Translations under genes and position numbers: made by a program | In this document: piece by piece, positions 1 to 13,400 of the stretch | How the letters are laid out: every line of letters begins with the position of its first letter | Numbering within the stretch: the stretch's first letter is position 1 | Assembly: GCA_002633005.1 (NCBI GenBank) | Contig: NMRA01000284.1 | Span: forward strand, 129,489 to 193,488 | Reading direction: 5' to 3' | Length of the DNA stretch: 64,000 nucleotides | Origin: Phoronis australis | Taxonomy: Eukaryota > Animalia > Phoronida | The notes under the pieces: generated by a model | Database searches by the model: none | Told to the model about the DNA's origin: nothing | What the model saw: only the letters and a program-made list of their open reading frames with translations

Positions 1-787
1 CTTGAGACCAATATTGTAGGTGAAAGTGGTCTTCAAACTTAGACATAATGTCCTCAGACTAACTACTTGAGACCAATATTGTAGGTGAAAGTGGTCTTCA
101 AACTTAGACATAATGTCCTCAGACTAACTACTTGAGACCAATATTGTAGGTGAAAGTGGTCTTCAAACTTAGACATAATGTCCTCAGACTAACTACTTGA
201 GACCAATATTGTAGGTGAAAGTGGTCTTCAAACTTAGACATAATGTCCTCAGACTAACTACTTGAGACCAATATTGTAGGTGAAAGTGGTCTTCAAACTT
301 AGACATAATGTCCTCAGACTAACTACTTGAGACCAATATTGTAGGTGAAAGTGGTCTTCAAACTTAGACATAATGTCCTCAGACTAACTACTTGAGACCA
401 ATATTGTAGGTGAAAGTGGTCTTCAAACTTAGACATAATGTCCTCAGACTAACTACTTGAGACCAATATTGTAGGTGAAAGTGGTCTTCAAACTTAGACA
501 TAATGTCCTCAGACTAACTACTTGAGACCAATATTGTAGGTGAAAGTGGTCTTCAAACTTAGACATAATGTCCTCAGACTAACTACTTGAGACCAATATT
601 GTAGGTGAAAGTGGTCTTCAAACTTAGACACAATGTCCTCAGACTAACTACTTGAGACCAATATTGTAGGTGAAAGTGGTCTTCAAACTTAGACATAATG
701 TCCTCAGACTAACTACTTGAGACCAATATTGTAGGTGAAAGTGGTCTTCAAACTTAGACATAATGTCCTCAGACTAACTACTTGAGA
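1..787. repeat. 65-bp near-perfect tandem repeat, 12 copies, truncated by window start
   Basis: Unit CTTGAGACCAATATTGTAGGTGAAAGTGGTCTTCAAACTTAGACATAATGTCCTCAGACTAACTA repeats head-to-tail with period 65. One T>C variant at 631. Probably inside an upstream GOLGA2 intron. Confidence 0.97.
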
Positions 788-1409
788 ACATGACCTGATT
801 TCTCCACTTCTTCAGTACTTAGGGGCTTGACCTCATGGCTAGACCTGTAACAAGATCGACACTTGCATTCAGTAGTTGAACAGCAGTGGCTCTACTTGTC
901 ATGTAAACAATATGCATTTTCAAAGAATTTTTATCTGTTTAGCCTTCCAAACAACGAATTTAGAGCACTGGTTGGGAAAATTTGTTAGAGATAAGACAAA
1001 TCAAAAGACATTTTGTTCTTATTAAATGAAACTTGAAAGACCACTCTCACAGGGTTCCTCTGCAAGATAAGACTCAGCTTGGGATAAATACGGAATGAAT
1101 TGCAGCAGCGAAGGATAGACCACCATGTTCTGTGTTCTTTAACTTTTTGGCAAATATTTTAATGGTCATGTAGCAAAGATTTCAGACCTCAATATGTAAA
1201 CAAAAATGTTTTACTTGCTTCTAATCGAAGTTTTGTTGGCAAAAATCAATTATTATGAAAATTTTGGTACCAGTTTCATGCAGAGGAATTGCCAATTTCA
1301 TGTCTTTTTTGTTCATGGAGATGTGACTACAAAATGCTGCTCAGTGCCCTGTCTTCTTCTGTTTCTCCTGAACGCTTGCATCTAATGGGCACATTATTTC
1401 CCTTTTCAG

Positions 1410-4400
1410 TTTTCTGATGTTACCAAGCCACCTAGTGGTCCAGAGAATGGGCCAAGACTTGCCACCACCCCTCCTCGGTTGGACCAAATGGACTCTTCTG
1501 CCAGCCCTATGAAGTTTGCCAAAACAGCACGTCCAGATGAAAACACGTCTGTCTATAGCACACCGCCATCATCAACATCTATGCACACTAACTTACGGTA
1601 AATAAATGAATTAATTTGTGTGTTTATTGAGACTTAAATTATTTTAGAAATAAAATCAATAAATAAACATCGCTGAATCTTCACAAAATTGGTTTCAGTA
1701 AACGACACAGTCACCGTGCCATGAGAATAGCATTTACGGACCTTGATACATCAAGACTATGCTAGGCGAGGTGCCTTACCACAGCTAAGCAGCAAGTCAA
1801 GCCTAGTCCTAAAGAAATGCATGAATTAACTGAGCCTGTAAATCCTTGTTGGAGAGTAGTGCGCTTGTAATTATTTCCACCAGATTTAGTATAAAAATTG
1901 ACTGTATCCTCATGTTATGGTCCTGAAGATAGGCTAGTTCTGTGCCTGAACGCTAAATGGAGTTGTTAGTGGTTGCACTGGGACATTCATTGTCTGTTCA
2001 CGTGTACCCAACAGTCCTTCGTCATCAGCGGAGACGCTACAACAGTTGACGCGTCAGGTGAACGGTCTGTTGGAGGAGACGTCTAGCTACAGTAATGGCA
2101 CTACTGATGACCTTATGAACTCTAGTATAGCTGAGCTTGAGGTATGTAGGGGGCGCTAGTTGGTGGCGCTATTGGGCTACAGTTTGCATGAAAGTTAACT
2201 TTTGTTATTCAAGAGTTTAATCACACGTGCCCTCACAATTGCAGAGGGGCGGTTTTGCATACGCCGCAGCCACTGATTAGAAGTGTGACATACTGCCATC
2301 TATTGGTGACTAATTGATTTTTACTGGTTCAAGCCAAAGTTATAATGTCCACTAAAATTTGTATCTCTTAATATCCATTGCATAGAGCTCTTGAGCCCGT
2401 TCCAAGAAAATTGACTTGGTTAAGACGAATCTTAAATTTAAGTCAATTTTTAAATAAAGCTTCAATTTGTTTTAAATCTGTTCCAAGAAAGTCATCGTAA
2501 GTTTGACGTAAGTTCGTGACTTAAGTTTTGTCTTAAGTGCGACTAACTCTGCAGTTATGGAAGTTTCAAAGTTTGGAAGTTGAGACAAATCTTAGACTTA
2601 AGTCAAAAATTAACTTATTAAGTAAGTTTCTTGGAATGGGGCCCCTTGTTTTCTAGGGATGGGTTTTTCTTTAATTGAGTTTTTGTATTATTTGCTAACC
2701 ACCCAAAATCTTTCAACGGTAAATGTGGCGTTTCTCATTTTAAACTCTATGTTAATGTTTCTCTTGGAAACTTTTAATTTTTGCAGCCTTATCAAGATGC
2801 TTTTTTGTTTTCATAGTCAAGGCTGTTTATCACCTTTTTTACTTTTTCTTGTTCTGGAAATACAGTCAACCATTTTGTTATAATTATTGTTTCTTGGTGA
2901 GCATGGAACAAATGTGGAGCACGCGATCACTTATATTTTTGCTGGGCATTTTGGTGATGAAGGTGATTACCAGCAATGTGTCTTCTAATAACACAAGGCA
3001 GGATTGTTTCTAACACTTTCGTCTCGGTGTAGAGGAAAAATTTCCAACAGTTTTTGGGGCCCTTAGCCAGATTTTATTTAAGGTCCCTGTTTCACTGTGT
3101 ATTGCATTACATCTGTTATGATCAAGGGTTTCCCTGGTTCCCATGGCAACCTGTGTATGTATATCCACTAATATGTCACTGAGTCACCTGGGCAATCCTG
3201 CTGGTGTAATCCTGCCTTGTGTTGCAGAAATCCAAAGTTGTTGGATTTCAATGCTGGCTTAATTGGGAGCTTTTTGAGTTTCTAGGCTAGAAATCGGGAC
3301 TTGGCTGCTCTGCTAGATCACAGGTCGAAGGAAAACTCAGAACTAAATACAAGCTTATCTGAACTGGTAGGTGACCGAGTTTTGAATTCGCTATTGTTGC
3401 GAGTTATTGATAATTCTGCTGTGGTTCTGGTGTTTGAAGGTGGTTTTATGTTGAAGTCAAAACTCATTGCAAGTTTAATGTATTCAGATGGAGTGCACGC
3501 CATAATCAATCAGACAAAGTGACTTGGAATTGAGGAATTGACCTTCATGACTATTTCAGTGCAGGCTAGATTCACTGTCAGAGCAGCTGGGATTGGGATT
3601 ACCAGTCATGAATATTTATTGTGAAGTCCTGGAGTGGGAACCGGGGAGGGGGGGGGTTAAATTATTTTTAGTGTCTGCTGTATAAGTAGAGGGGATTTTC
3701 ATGCCATTGATACTCTAGGCCTGTTGTCGATGGCAATGTTCATCAATTGAAACGACTGACTGTTATGGCGAGGAAGATTGTCATTTTCTGCCAAATCAAA
3801 AGTCATTTCTCTGTTTATATATTAATTGGTTTGAACACAGAGAGATTGAGTTGTGTGATGAAACAAGGCAAGTGTTGATTACGCAATAAGTGTGGCTGTC
3901 TCTTTGATGGCACGCTAAATTATGTCTAGGTTATAAAGTCAAAATTTCTTAAAAGAAGTCAATGTCTTCTTGTTCACGTTGATTTTATGTTCATTTCAAT
4001 ACCAACAGCAAAGCTAAAAAATTTCGCAATTTATTAAAATAAGTATTTTATTAGAAATTCCATTAAAACTGTCCTTGTCAAAAGTAATTGTGCAAAACTA
4101 CACAAATTTCCTCATCATAATGAGACTGAGTTATTTTTGTCATTTTTCCAAATGGTTTCAGGCTGGGGGTTTAATCTCGAAATTATTTTTGTCACTTTTC
4201 GTTCTATTTTTGTGTGAAGTCAAGACAAGCGTCCATTTTTCGCTGCTCGAGTGTGTTATGATTTAAGCTGACTAGTTTCTCTAATCCAAGTTCACACTTT
4301 ATGACCCTTGGATTCTAGCTGCAAACTCATGCAAAAAGTCAAGATTTTGAATAAAAAGTTGAAATTTAGAGGTCAGACTCAAGCTGATAGCATTCATGCT

Positions 4401-7400
4401 GGAGTCATCCACACATGTAAGTGTACCAGAGCACAGGAATAGACAAGTATCCTGTGTTTGCATTCGAGTATTGAAAAAATAATACCAAGTTCAAATTTGA
4501 GTACAAAGATTATAATAAATCAAATGTATTAATATAACCACAAAGCTTAAATATGTTAAAAAAGCTTGCCAGACAATGATTCCATTGTCACTGTATTGTT
4601 TAAGACTACAATTCTCGCGGAAAAAAACAAACGTGAGGTAGTGTCTCACATCCATTGACTATTCATTCTCAGAAGCAGCACAACAACGAGCTGGTTGGCC
4701 GGCTGGACTCGGAGCGAGGCCAGTTTGAGAATCGTCTGCGTAAGGAGGTATCCACGCTGAAGGAACAGTTGCAGGTTCACATTCAGACCATTGGTATATT
4801 AGTGGCGGAGAAGAGCGAGTTACAGACGAATGTGAACCACTCACAGAAACAGATTGATCAGCAGCAAGGTAGGGGGAGCTGTAGTGGCGGTAAAAATAGT
4901 GACAGTCCGTCTGCGCATGTGCCCCAAAAGGCACGTCAAGGATTCTTTCAATGCAAAGTCTGATGAGTACTTGTACATCAAAGTGGGGGTCACTGTTGAA
5001 ACATATTAGTGCGATCACTTGTTTTGTCTGCAGTGTATGGGGACTTCTGACAAAGACTTGCGTGATCTAGCAACTAGCTAGTTTCAGTGAACACAGTTCT
5101 GGTTACAAGTTAGTGTTTTTGTCAACTAGTTTTGATACAGACTAGCCCATAGTCTAGGTGTACACGTCTATTTTCTGGTGAACAGGTATAGGAGGACAAT
5201 GCATGTCACAACNGTAGTGTCTGCTGTACAAGCAGAGGGGATTTTCATGCCATTGATACTCTAGGCCTGTTGTCGATGGCAATGTTCATCAATTGAAACG
5301 ACTGACTGTTATGGCGAGGAAGATTGTCATTTTCTGCGAAATCAAAAGTCATTTCTCTGTTTATTTATTAATTGGTTTGAACACAGAGAGATTGAGTTGT
5401 GTGATGAAACAAGGCAAGTGTTGATTACGCAATAAGTGTGGCTGTCTCTTTGATGGCACGCTAAATTATGTCTAGGTTATAAAGTCAAAATTTCTTGAAA
5501 GAAATCAATGTCTTCTTGTTCACGTTGATTTTATATTCATTTCAATAGCAACAGCAAAGCTAAAAAAATTTCGCAATTTATTAAAATAAGTATTTTATTA
5601 GAAATTCCATTAAAACTGTCCTTGTCAAAAGTAATTGTGCAAAACTACACAAATTTCCTCATCATAATGAGACTGAGTTATTTTTGTCATTTTTCCAAAT
5701 GCTTTCAGGCCGGGGGTTTAATCTCGAAATTATTTTTGTCACTTTTCGTTCTATTTTTGTGTGAAGTCAAGACAAGCGTCCATTTTTCGTTGCTCGGGTG
5801 TGTTATGATTTAAGCTGACTAGTTTCTCTAATCCAAGTTCACACTTGGATTCTAGCTGCAAACTCATGCAAAAAGTCAAGATTTTGAATAAAAAGTTGAA
5901 ATTTAGAGGTCAGACTCAAGCTGATAGCATTAATGCTGGAGTCATCCACACATGTAAGTGTACCAGAGCACAGGAATAGACAAGTATCCTGTGTTTGCAT
6001 TCGAGTATTGAAAAAATAATACCAAGTTCAAATTTGAGTACAAAGATTATAATAAATCAAATGTATTAGTATAACCACAAAGCTTAAATATGTTAATAAA
6101 GCTTGCCAGTCAATGATTCCATTGTCACTGTATTGTTTAAGACTAGAATTCTCGTGGATAAAAGCAAACACGAGGTAGTGTCTCACATCCATTGACTATT
6201 CATTCTCAGAAGCAGCACAACAACGAGCTGGTTGGCCGGCTGGACTCGGAGCGAGGCCAGTTTGAGAATCGTCTGCGTAAGGAGGTATCTACGCTGAAGG
6301 AACAGTTGCAGGTTCACATTCAGACCATTGGTATATTGGTGGCGGAGAAGAGCGAGTTACAGACAAATGTGAACCACTCGCAAAAACAGATTGATCAGCA
6401 ACAAGGTAGGGTAAGCTGTAGTAGCGGTAAAAATAGTGACAGTCTGTCAGCGCATGTGGCCCAATAGCCACGTCAAGGATTCTTCCAATGCGAAGTCTGA
6501 TGAGTACTTGGACATCAGAGTGGGGCTCACTGTTGAAACATGTTAGTGCGATCACTTGTTTTGTCTGCAGTGCATGGGGACTTCTGACAAGACTTGCGTG
6601 ATCTAGCAACTAGCTAGTTTCAGTGAACACAGTTCTGGTTACAAGTTAGTGTTTTTGTCAACTAGTTTTGATACAGACTAGCCCATAGTCTAGGTGTACA
6701 CGTCTATTTTCTGGTGAACAGGTATAGGAGGACAATGCATGTCACAACTGGTTGTTTTTTTTTGTTGCAGAAGAACTCGAGGAGCTTTCTGGACGTCTAA
6801 AGGCGTCACGGCAACGTGTCGCTGACCTAGAGCGTAACTTCTCCAGTGCCAACACGTCTTCCCAACAGTATGAGAAAACGACGAAGGAACTCAACAAGGA
6901 GGTCGACAGGTTAAAGCTAGATATTTATAAATCCAAGTAAGTTATTGTGTGTTAAAGTGAGATTCTGTGTGTTTGTGGTGGATAAAAATGCAATTTGAGA
7001 AAGTATAATGTGCCAAAAATACTGCGTCAGAATTTAGAAGGCAGATTATGTAAATTATTGTTCAGAAGTTGTTCTTTCTTCTGACAATTGGGATATCAAA
7101 ATAAAATGAGGCTGTCCTTTGAAGTACATATGTCTCAAGATAACAACCACACTAGTTGTAAGGCCCGGGATGAACACATACAGTTTCTCTTGGTGTCAGA
7201 CATTACAATGCGACCAATTTAAAAATCATGTAATTTGTTTTTTAAATCACTAATAATTTTTCCATCTTCCATCTGACACAGAAAAAATTCATCGCACCTT
7301 TGAACTGCTTCGGCTCCTCTGATAGCCATTCTCAAAACTTAAATTAAGTTTAGTAAAATATTTTACCTAGATCTTTAGGGGTACAAAATAAATTGTAGAA

Positions 7401-10400
7401 TTTCAGTCAAAAATATTAAAGCTGATGCCTTATTAAAAATTCAATATCAAGCAATGTAAAAGTATGTTTTAGGACGATGTATACTTGACAGACAAAGCTC
7501 TTTAGTCCAAAGTGACAGCTCACTAGTTAACTCCCTCCGTAAACCAAAGTATTTTGTGCCCTGGGTCGTCATTCCCAGAAATGGAAGTTTAGGCCGCCAT
7601 GACATGACACTACACTGCCCCACTCTCATTTGTTCCATTCTAGTAAGTCACGAAGAGGACAATATGAAGAACTTTATTAATGTCTGCATTTCCCTGTAGA
7701 GCAATTGTAACAGAGCAATAGAAGAGTACTGTCAGTGTTTATCTTTGTTCGAAAGTTTAGGTCGCCATGTTCTACTACAACAATGCCCCATTCTTATCGT
7801 CATCTCTTTCGTTGTAGTAAAAGTCTTGAAGAAGTGCAACAGCAAAGCTCTGAACTGCAGAGTAAACTTCACTCCAAGACATCCGAGTGTGCTGGGCTGG
7901 AGGAGACTGTCAAGGATTTGCAGGGAAAACTGGAGATGTCCGAGCTTTATATACAACAGGTAATACTGGCGCCGTGTGTGGTGAGATTGGGGGAAGTAGG
8001 GTACATGTATCTTACACTTGTAACAATTCTGAAGAAGTCGGGGTTGTCTGTGCTGCAGATAGATTAATTTTCAAAATTATTTCATTGATCAATTGCGTTG
8101 AAATTGTGTGGGTTTGTCGAAGCTGTGACAAGAAGACCAAAGGAAATCTTGTGCAAAATAACACTTTATTGAAAGGAGATTAAGTAAGAGGGAATTATTG
8201 TAGTTGTAACAGTGGAGGAATGAAAACACTGAGGATTAATGTGTCATGGATTATCCATGATTCACTCTGACTTGTGTTAAACGCCCTTGAAAGTCTTATG
8301 TGACGAGGTTTAAACGTATAGACTTGATGTCCAGGCATTTCTATGTGGACAGATTATGCAGACATTAATCATAGGGTTACTATAATGTGATAAGGTTTTA
8401 TTTACAAACACTGTGTGTCTGGATCAGCTGTTGTGTCTGGAGAGGTCAAGGGTCACTTAAAGCGGATAAGACTCGGGGACATTGAGACTTGGTGCAGATT
8501 CTTGTTTTAGCTTTGTGACCCATGTGCTACAAACTACTGAAGATATCAGGACTCTTCTACAGAAATTCCAATTGATTATTTATAGTAAGGAATTGTTCAA
8601 AGTACAGTTAAGACTTTGGTATATAGGTACTGAAGGTGTGCGTGGCCCCTTTCATTCAACTGCTGGTCCCTCCTGGGGCAAAAGTAAAAAACGTTAAATG
8701 GCAGGTTGTGATTAAAGTAAAGCTGTCAGGCTCGTGATCAAACAGTGCTCAGAGTCCTAAGTCCTTCGCATTCATCGTTTCAAGTGCAATCTCCTTTCCA
8801 GATTTCCAATCACACACAATCCACTGAACACTCAAGTGACATGCTGCAACAGCTGCAGACAAACAACACAGAGTTGCAAGCCAGGGTTGAGCAGGTAAGA
8901 CTTTACCACCTGAGACGTATCAAAGAAAGACAACTATCCAATTGTCCTGTGATTGGTCTTCTCTTTATTGACAGTGTTTTGGTAGAGTAATTTTTTGGAT
9001 AAACTAGAAAGACTTTGACTGAATTTTATCAGACTCTGCAAAGCTGGAATTATTTGTCAGTTTAGTCAAACTCTTGTCTCAACAAAGTAGCGTTGTTGTG
9101 GAACTTTTGATGGAGTTTAATGTGTTGTTATTGTGCCTAGCTGCTGTTTACAGTACACTAGACATGTGAATGAAACATGCATTCGGTGTCTTTTTTATTA
9201 CCTTACAGTAACTTAGCAAGAGTCTTCTGAATCAATCACCCTTTCCGGATGAGTTAATGTTAGATTTTGTGAATGGAAATTGGCAACTTGTGCAAACATT
9301 TTCACATGCATTGATCCGTGTTGTGGTGATTCTTTCTCCAGTATCAAGAGGCATTCCAACAGTTGTCGAACGAGAGAGATCACATGCAGGAACAGTACCA
9401 GCAGTATGCTGAGCAGCTGAACCAACGGGCCGTGCAGTTGGTCTCACAGGTGAGGTTTTTATTGTTGAGTTGTGTCGCAGTATTGAGGGACTTTCCTGCG
9501 GTTGGTCTCACAGGTGAGATTATTATTGTTGAGTTGTGTCGCAGTATTGAGGGACTTTCCTGCAGTTGGTCTTGCATGTGAGCGTAGTGTTGTGTTCTGT
9601 CTCATTATTAAGGGACATTCCTGCAGTCAGTCTCTCAGATGAGCCTAAATGTAATGATTTGTGCTTCTGTTCACGTGGTGCTCTCGCAGTTTAGTCTACA
9701 CTGAGAATTGCCATTCCAATGCTATGTGCCGCAGTTACATTTACAAGACCTGCAGTGCAGTTTGTCTCGTAAGCAGGTCTGTAGTTGAGTTGTGCCTCCA
9801 GGGCCCGGTCTCCAATCTTTTTACTCGAAATGGAACTCGAAATTAGGTTTGGCATTTTCTACTCTACTTTTGGGAAAACTCAAGATAAGTGTCTATTATT
9901 CTATGTTGGAGTACACAATAACTTACGTAGATAATTTATTGCCCTTAGTTCACAGTTTGTAAACCCAATATTAAAGCAATAAGTTCGAGTTTGAACTCGA
10001 AATTTCGAGTTTTTTCTCGAGTTTGTAGCATGAATATAAGGGTCTTCAAGGGCAAACTTGAACTAGAAACTCATATGCATAAACTATAATGTATTCGAGC
10101 ACAGTCTGATAACCAATTATCTTAAGTTCGCACAAAAGGAGCAGAGAAATTGCCAAAAATAGTTTTGAGTTAGTTTCGAGTACAAAGATTAGAGACCGGG
10201 CCCAGGTTTTGCGACATTCTGACACGAATCCAATCAATGTGACCCATTCATGAGCCTGTTGTACAGTGCACTGATCTGCTCAACATTTCCGCATTCATTT
10301 GTTGCTGGTAAACTGCTCATTTTCTTTGTATCCAGGTGCAAACTCTGACTGAAGAGAGAGAGCAGTTACAGTCCAGGATAGAGGAGCTAGAGGAGGCTTC

Positions 10401-13400
10401 TTCACCGCCATCTACAGTCAGGAGGCTGGAGTCAGGTACATGCACTTGGGCTCTCCTGTTGGTCATCAGATTCTTTGTGAAAGAAATTACTAAGTCTTCA
10501 AGAATGCAAACAAGGTTTTGTGTCTGTTGCCATGACTTGTATTGTTTGTTGTAAACATGTGAACAGAAGCCATCATTTTTATTAGTTTTGTAGGATAGTT
10601 ATCCACACCACCTGTTGGAAGGAAATGTAGACATACATGCTCTGTTTTCATTGGTTGGTTTCATTTTGCTTTGGATGATAGACATCCCACAGTGCATTTG
10701 TCCATCTATTTATAAAAATGTGGATTTAGGAAGAGACGTGGCCGTAAGAAAGTATGCAGCTTTTTTAAATTTTATTTCAGAAAATTCCAAGGGTGATGAG
10801 TCACCAGCAAAAAGTGATAATTCCGATTCTGTGAATCAACAAATACTGGCACTGAAGGAAGAGCTGTTAACAACACACCAGGAGTATGACGCACTTTGCC
10901 AAAAACACGAAAGCCTAGTGAATGACAACGCACAGCTAAGTCGGTAAGTGATAAATGCTCAATGTTTCTTGTACAGCATTAAAGCTGACATTTGGAATTT
11001 TTGCCAGTAGGCAGATCGGATATTCAAAGCATACGACAGATCAAAAATGTTAATGCATACTATGGTATCAGTCTGGTTTGACCATTTGCAACACGGCTTT
11101 GTGTTGAAAGTGCTTAATTCTAGCCAATCACATATGATCAGCGTGTCCTAGCGGAACCTTACGGCAAATTCAAATCACTGTATTGTTGTCCCAGTCACTC
11201 TTGCAAGGCACATTGAACAAGTGTTCACATGTGACTTTTACTTTTGTTCCACCAGATGTCTCAGCTGCTGTTCATGATTGAGAGCAGTTTTCTCATGTCC
11301 AGTTGTCCCTGTTTCCAATGGAAGCAGCAGACTTTAGACAAAGCAAAACAAATTCAAAATTGAATGCGAGTATGTTTTACTGAATGATGAATATGAAAAG
11401 TCTTCTTATTTTACTTCAAGGTCTGGATTCTTGATTGATTTCAAGAATTAAAATTTTTTTTGCGAACACTGTTGTTAAAGAAGTAGTGACGCAACAACAC
11501 GTCAAGTGTGAAGCATTTATGCACAGCCATATTGTGAAGCACCTTTTATCAGACACCATCTTCACAGTTGAAGTTATGAATACAGTTCACTTAGTTTTGT
11601 CATTATACGGACAAATGAGTTAAAATGGCAATTTTTGTGAAGATGTGAATAATTATATAATGGCATGTGAGCTGCTTAAATACTTAAAAGAACAAAATGG
11701 GCTCGCATCCAGTCGCTACTAAAACCAAATGCTGGGAAGTAACACCATATGATGTGGGTCACACATTCCCGAGAGTTACGTCGTAACTACCAAGATCATT
11801 TTTCCAGGCTGCTGTCGGAGAAGGAAGTGAGGATTATGGAGCTGGACTCGACGGTCAGTCAGCTTGGCAGTCAGACATCTGACCGAGAGCAACTGCTGGA
11901 GAGTATCCAGGGAGATAAGGCGGCGCTGAGTCGGGCGTTGACTCAGAACAAGGAACTCAAGTCACAATTGGGAGAGCTGCAAGAGGCGTTCGTCAAAATG
12001 GTAGGTAACCAAGGGTGGGCTTGATGGTGACTGTCTCAAACTTCTTCATTAAATTTCCTTTTATTTTTTACTTTTTGATTGTCCGTCATTCTTGGGATTG
12101 AACACATGGTCCACAGCTAGTTCATTACAAAATGGGCTGGATGGGGGAATGACGTAGATTTACGAAATTAATACAAATTCGGATCTTTCCGATTTGCCAA
12201 AGGATTCTGACTTCCATCCATTTACTAACTGGTAGTATTTTGTGTGTGTGCTTGAATGTGTCATGGGACTTGCACCAGGTCATCAAACGAAATCTGACAT
12301 CGCATATGTGACTTGGAGGAGGCCTAATCAAGCCCAGCAGTATCTGAGCAGGCAGAATATTTTCAAATTTGTCTGTGTAATTGTACTGCCACTGTTAATC
12401 AATGTGAATAGGATGTTGCCTGCTAGTGTTGTTTTAACAGGATGTGGTAATGAAAGTTTTATCAGACTGGTGGTGATATTCAAACATGATTGTTTTAACT
12501 GTGAATGAAATTTTGAAATGGGAATTTGGAATGTGGATGTGCGAGACTAGTTTTGGAAGCGTAGAGCAAACAATGCAATGGCCGCAGATGGTCAATGAAT
12601 TCATTATTTTTCCCTTAACGCTTTCTACTGATAGTGAAGGGCAAATCAAGCCTGTGAAACTATTCTTATGAGTATACTTGCCATGTTAGCATCAATTCGT
12701 ATTTGTCACTGGAATGAGGAATAGTTGAAACTGAAGTGAAGTGGACTTTGGAGGGGTTAGCTAGTCCGAGGTTTTTCTGAAACTTTTTATGCACCCTCAT
12801 ATGTGTTTGTGGGTGCATTGTTTGACTTATAAATGGTCTGGATGTTATAATTGGCAACAAAAATCAAGTTTCTTGGTGCTAATTAAAATGTTGATGCTTT
12901 TTGTGGGGAAGAGAGACCTAGTTTTGATTGTGATTATTGTTTTACTGTCACATTATTATAAACTGAAAGAAATATTTATTAAATTCTGTTAATTGTGGCG
13001 CCATCTATTGTACTATTGGTTGTATTCTATGTGTTATTGTTAGTGTTACATTGCATTGTGTTCATCTCCAGAGCAATGACAACATGGAGGTGGTTACTAA
13101 GCTACAGGCGGAAGAGCATGTTGCCAAGGAACTGGGTGATCGCCTGGGGCAACAGGAGGATGAACTGAAGGAGGTCAGGAGGCAGGTGAGAATGAGTTGC
13201 GCTATTTGACTCTTAAATGTGTCCACTTTATTATCATTTTTGTTGCACACTGTTAGACACTCTATAGATTGTGATTTTGCTTGACAAGTCATTAAGGTTT
13301 CCATGCAAATCTCATGCTAAATGCCCATTGGTTTACTACATTAGTTCTATGTACAAGACCTTAGAAAAATAACCAAATTTTGATAACTTTGGTACATCAT

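Noticed and set aside
1-787. CRISPR-like array
   Set aside because: The units are identical end to end, with no unique spacers, no cas genes and a eukaryotic context.
4673-6405. Mutually exclusive tandem exons in GOLGA2
   Set aside because: Introns are duplicated as faithfully as exons and the breakpoint is an N; a haplotype artefact is simpler.
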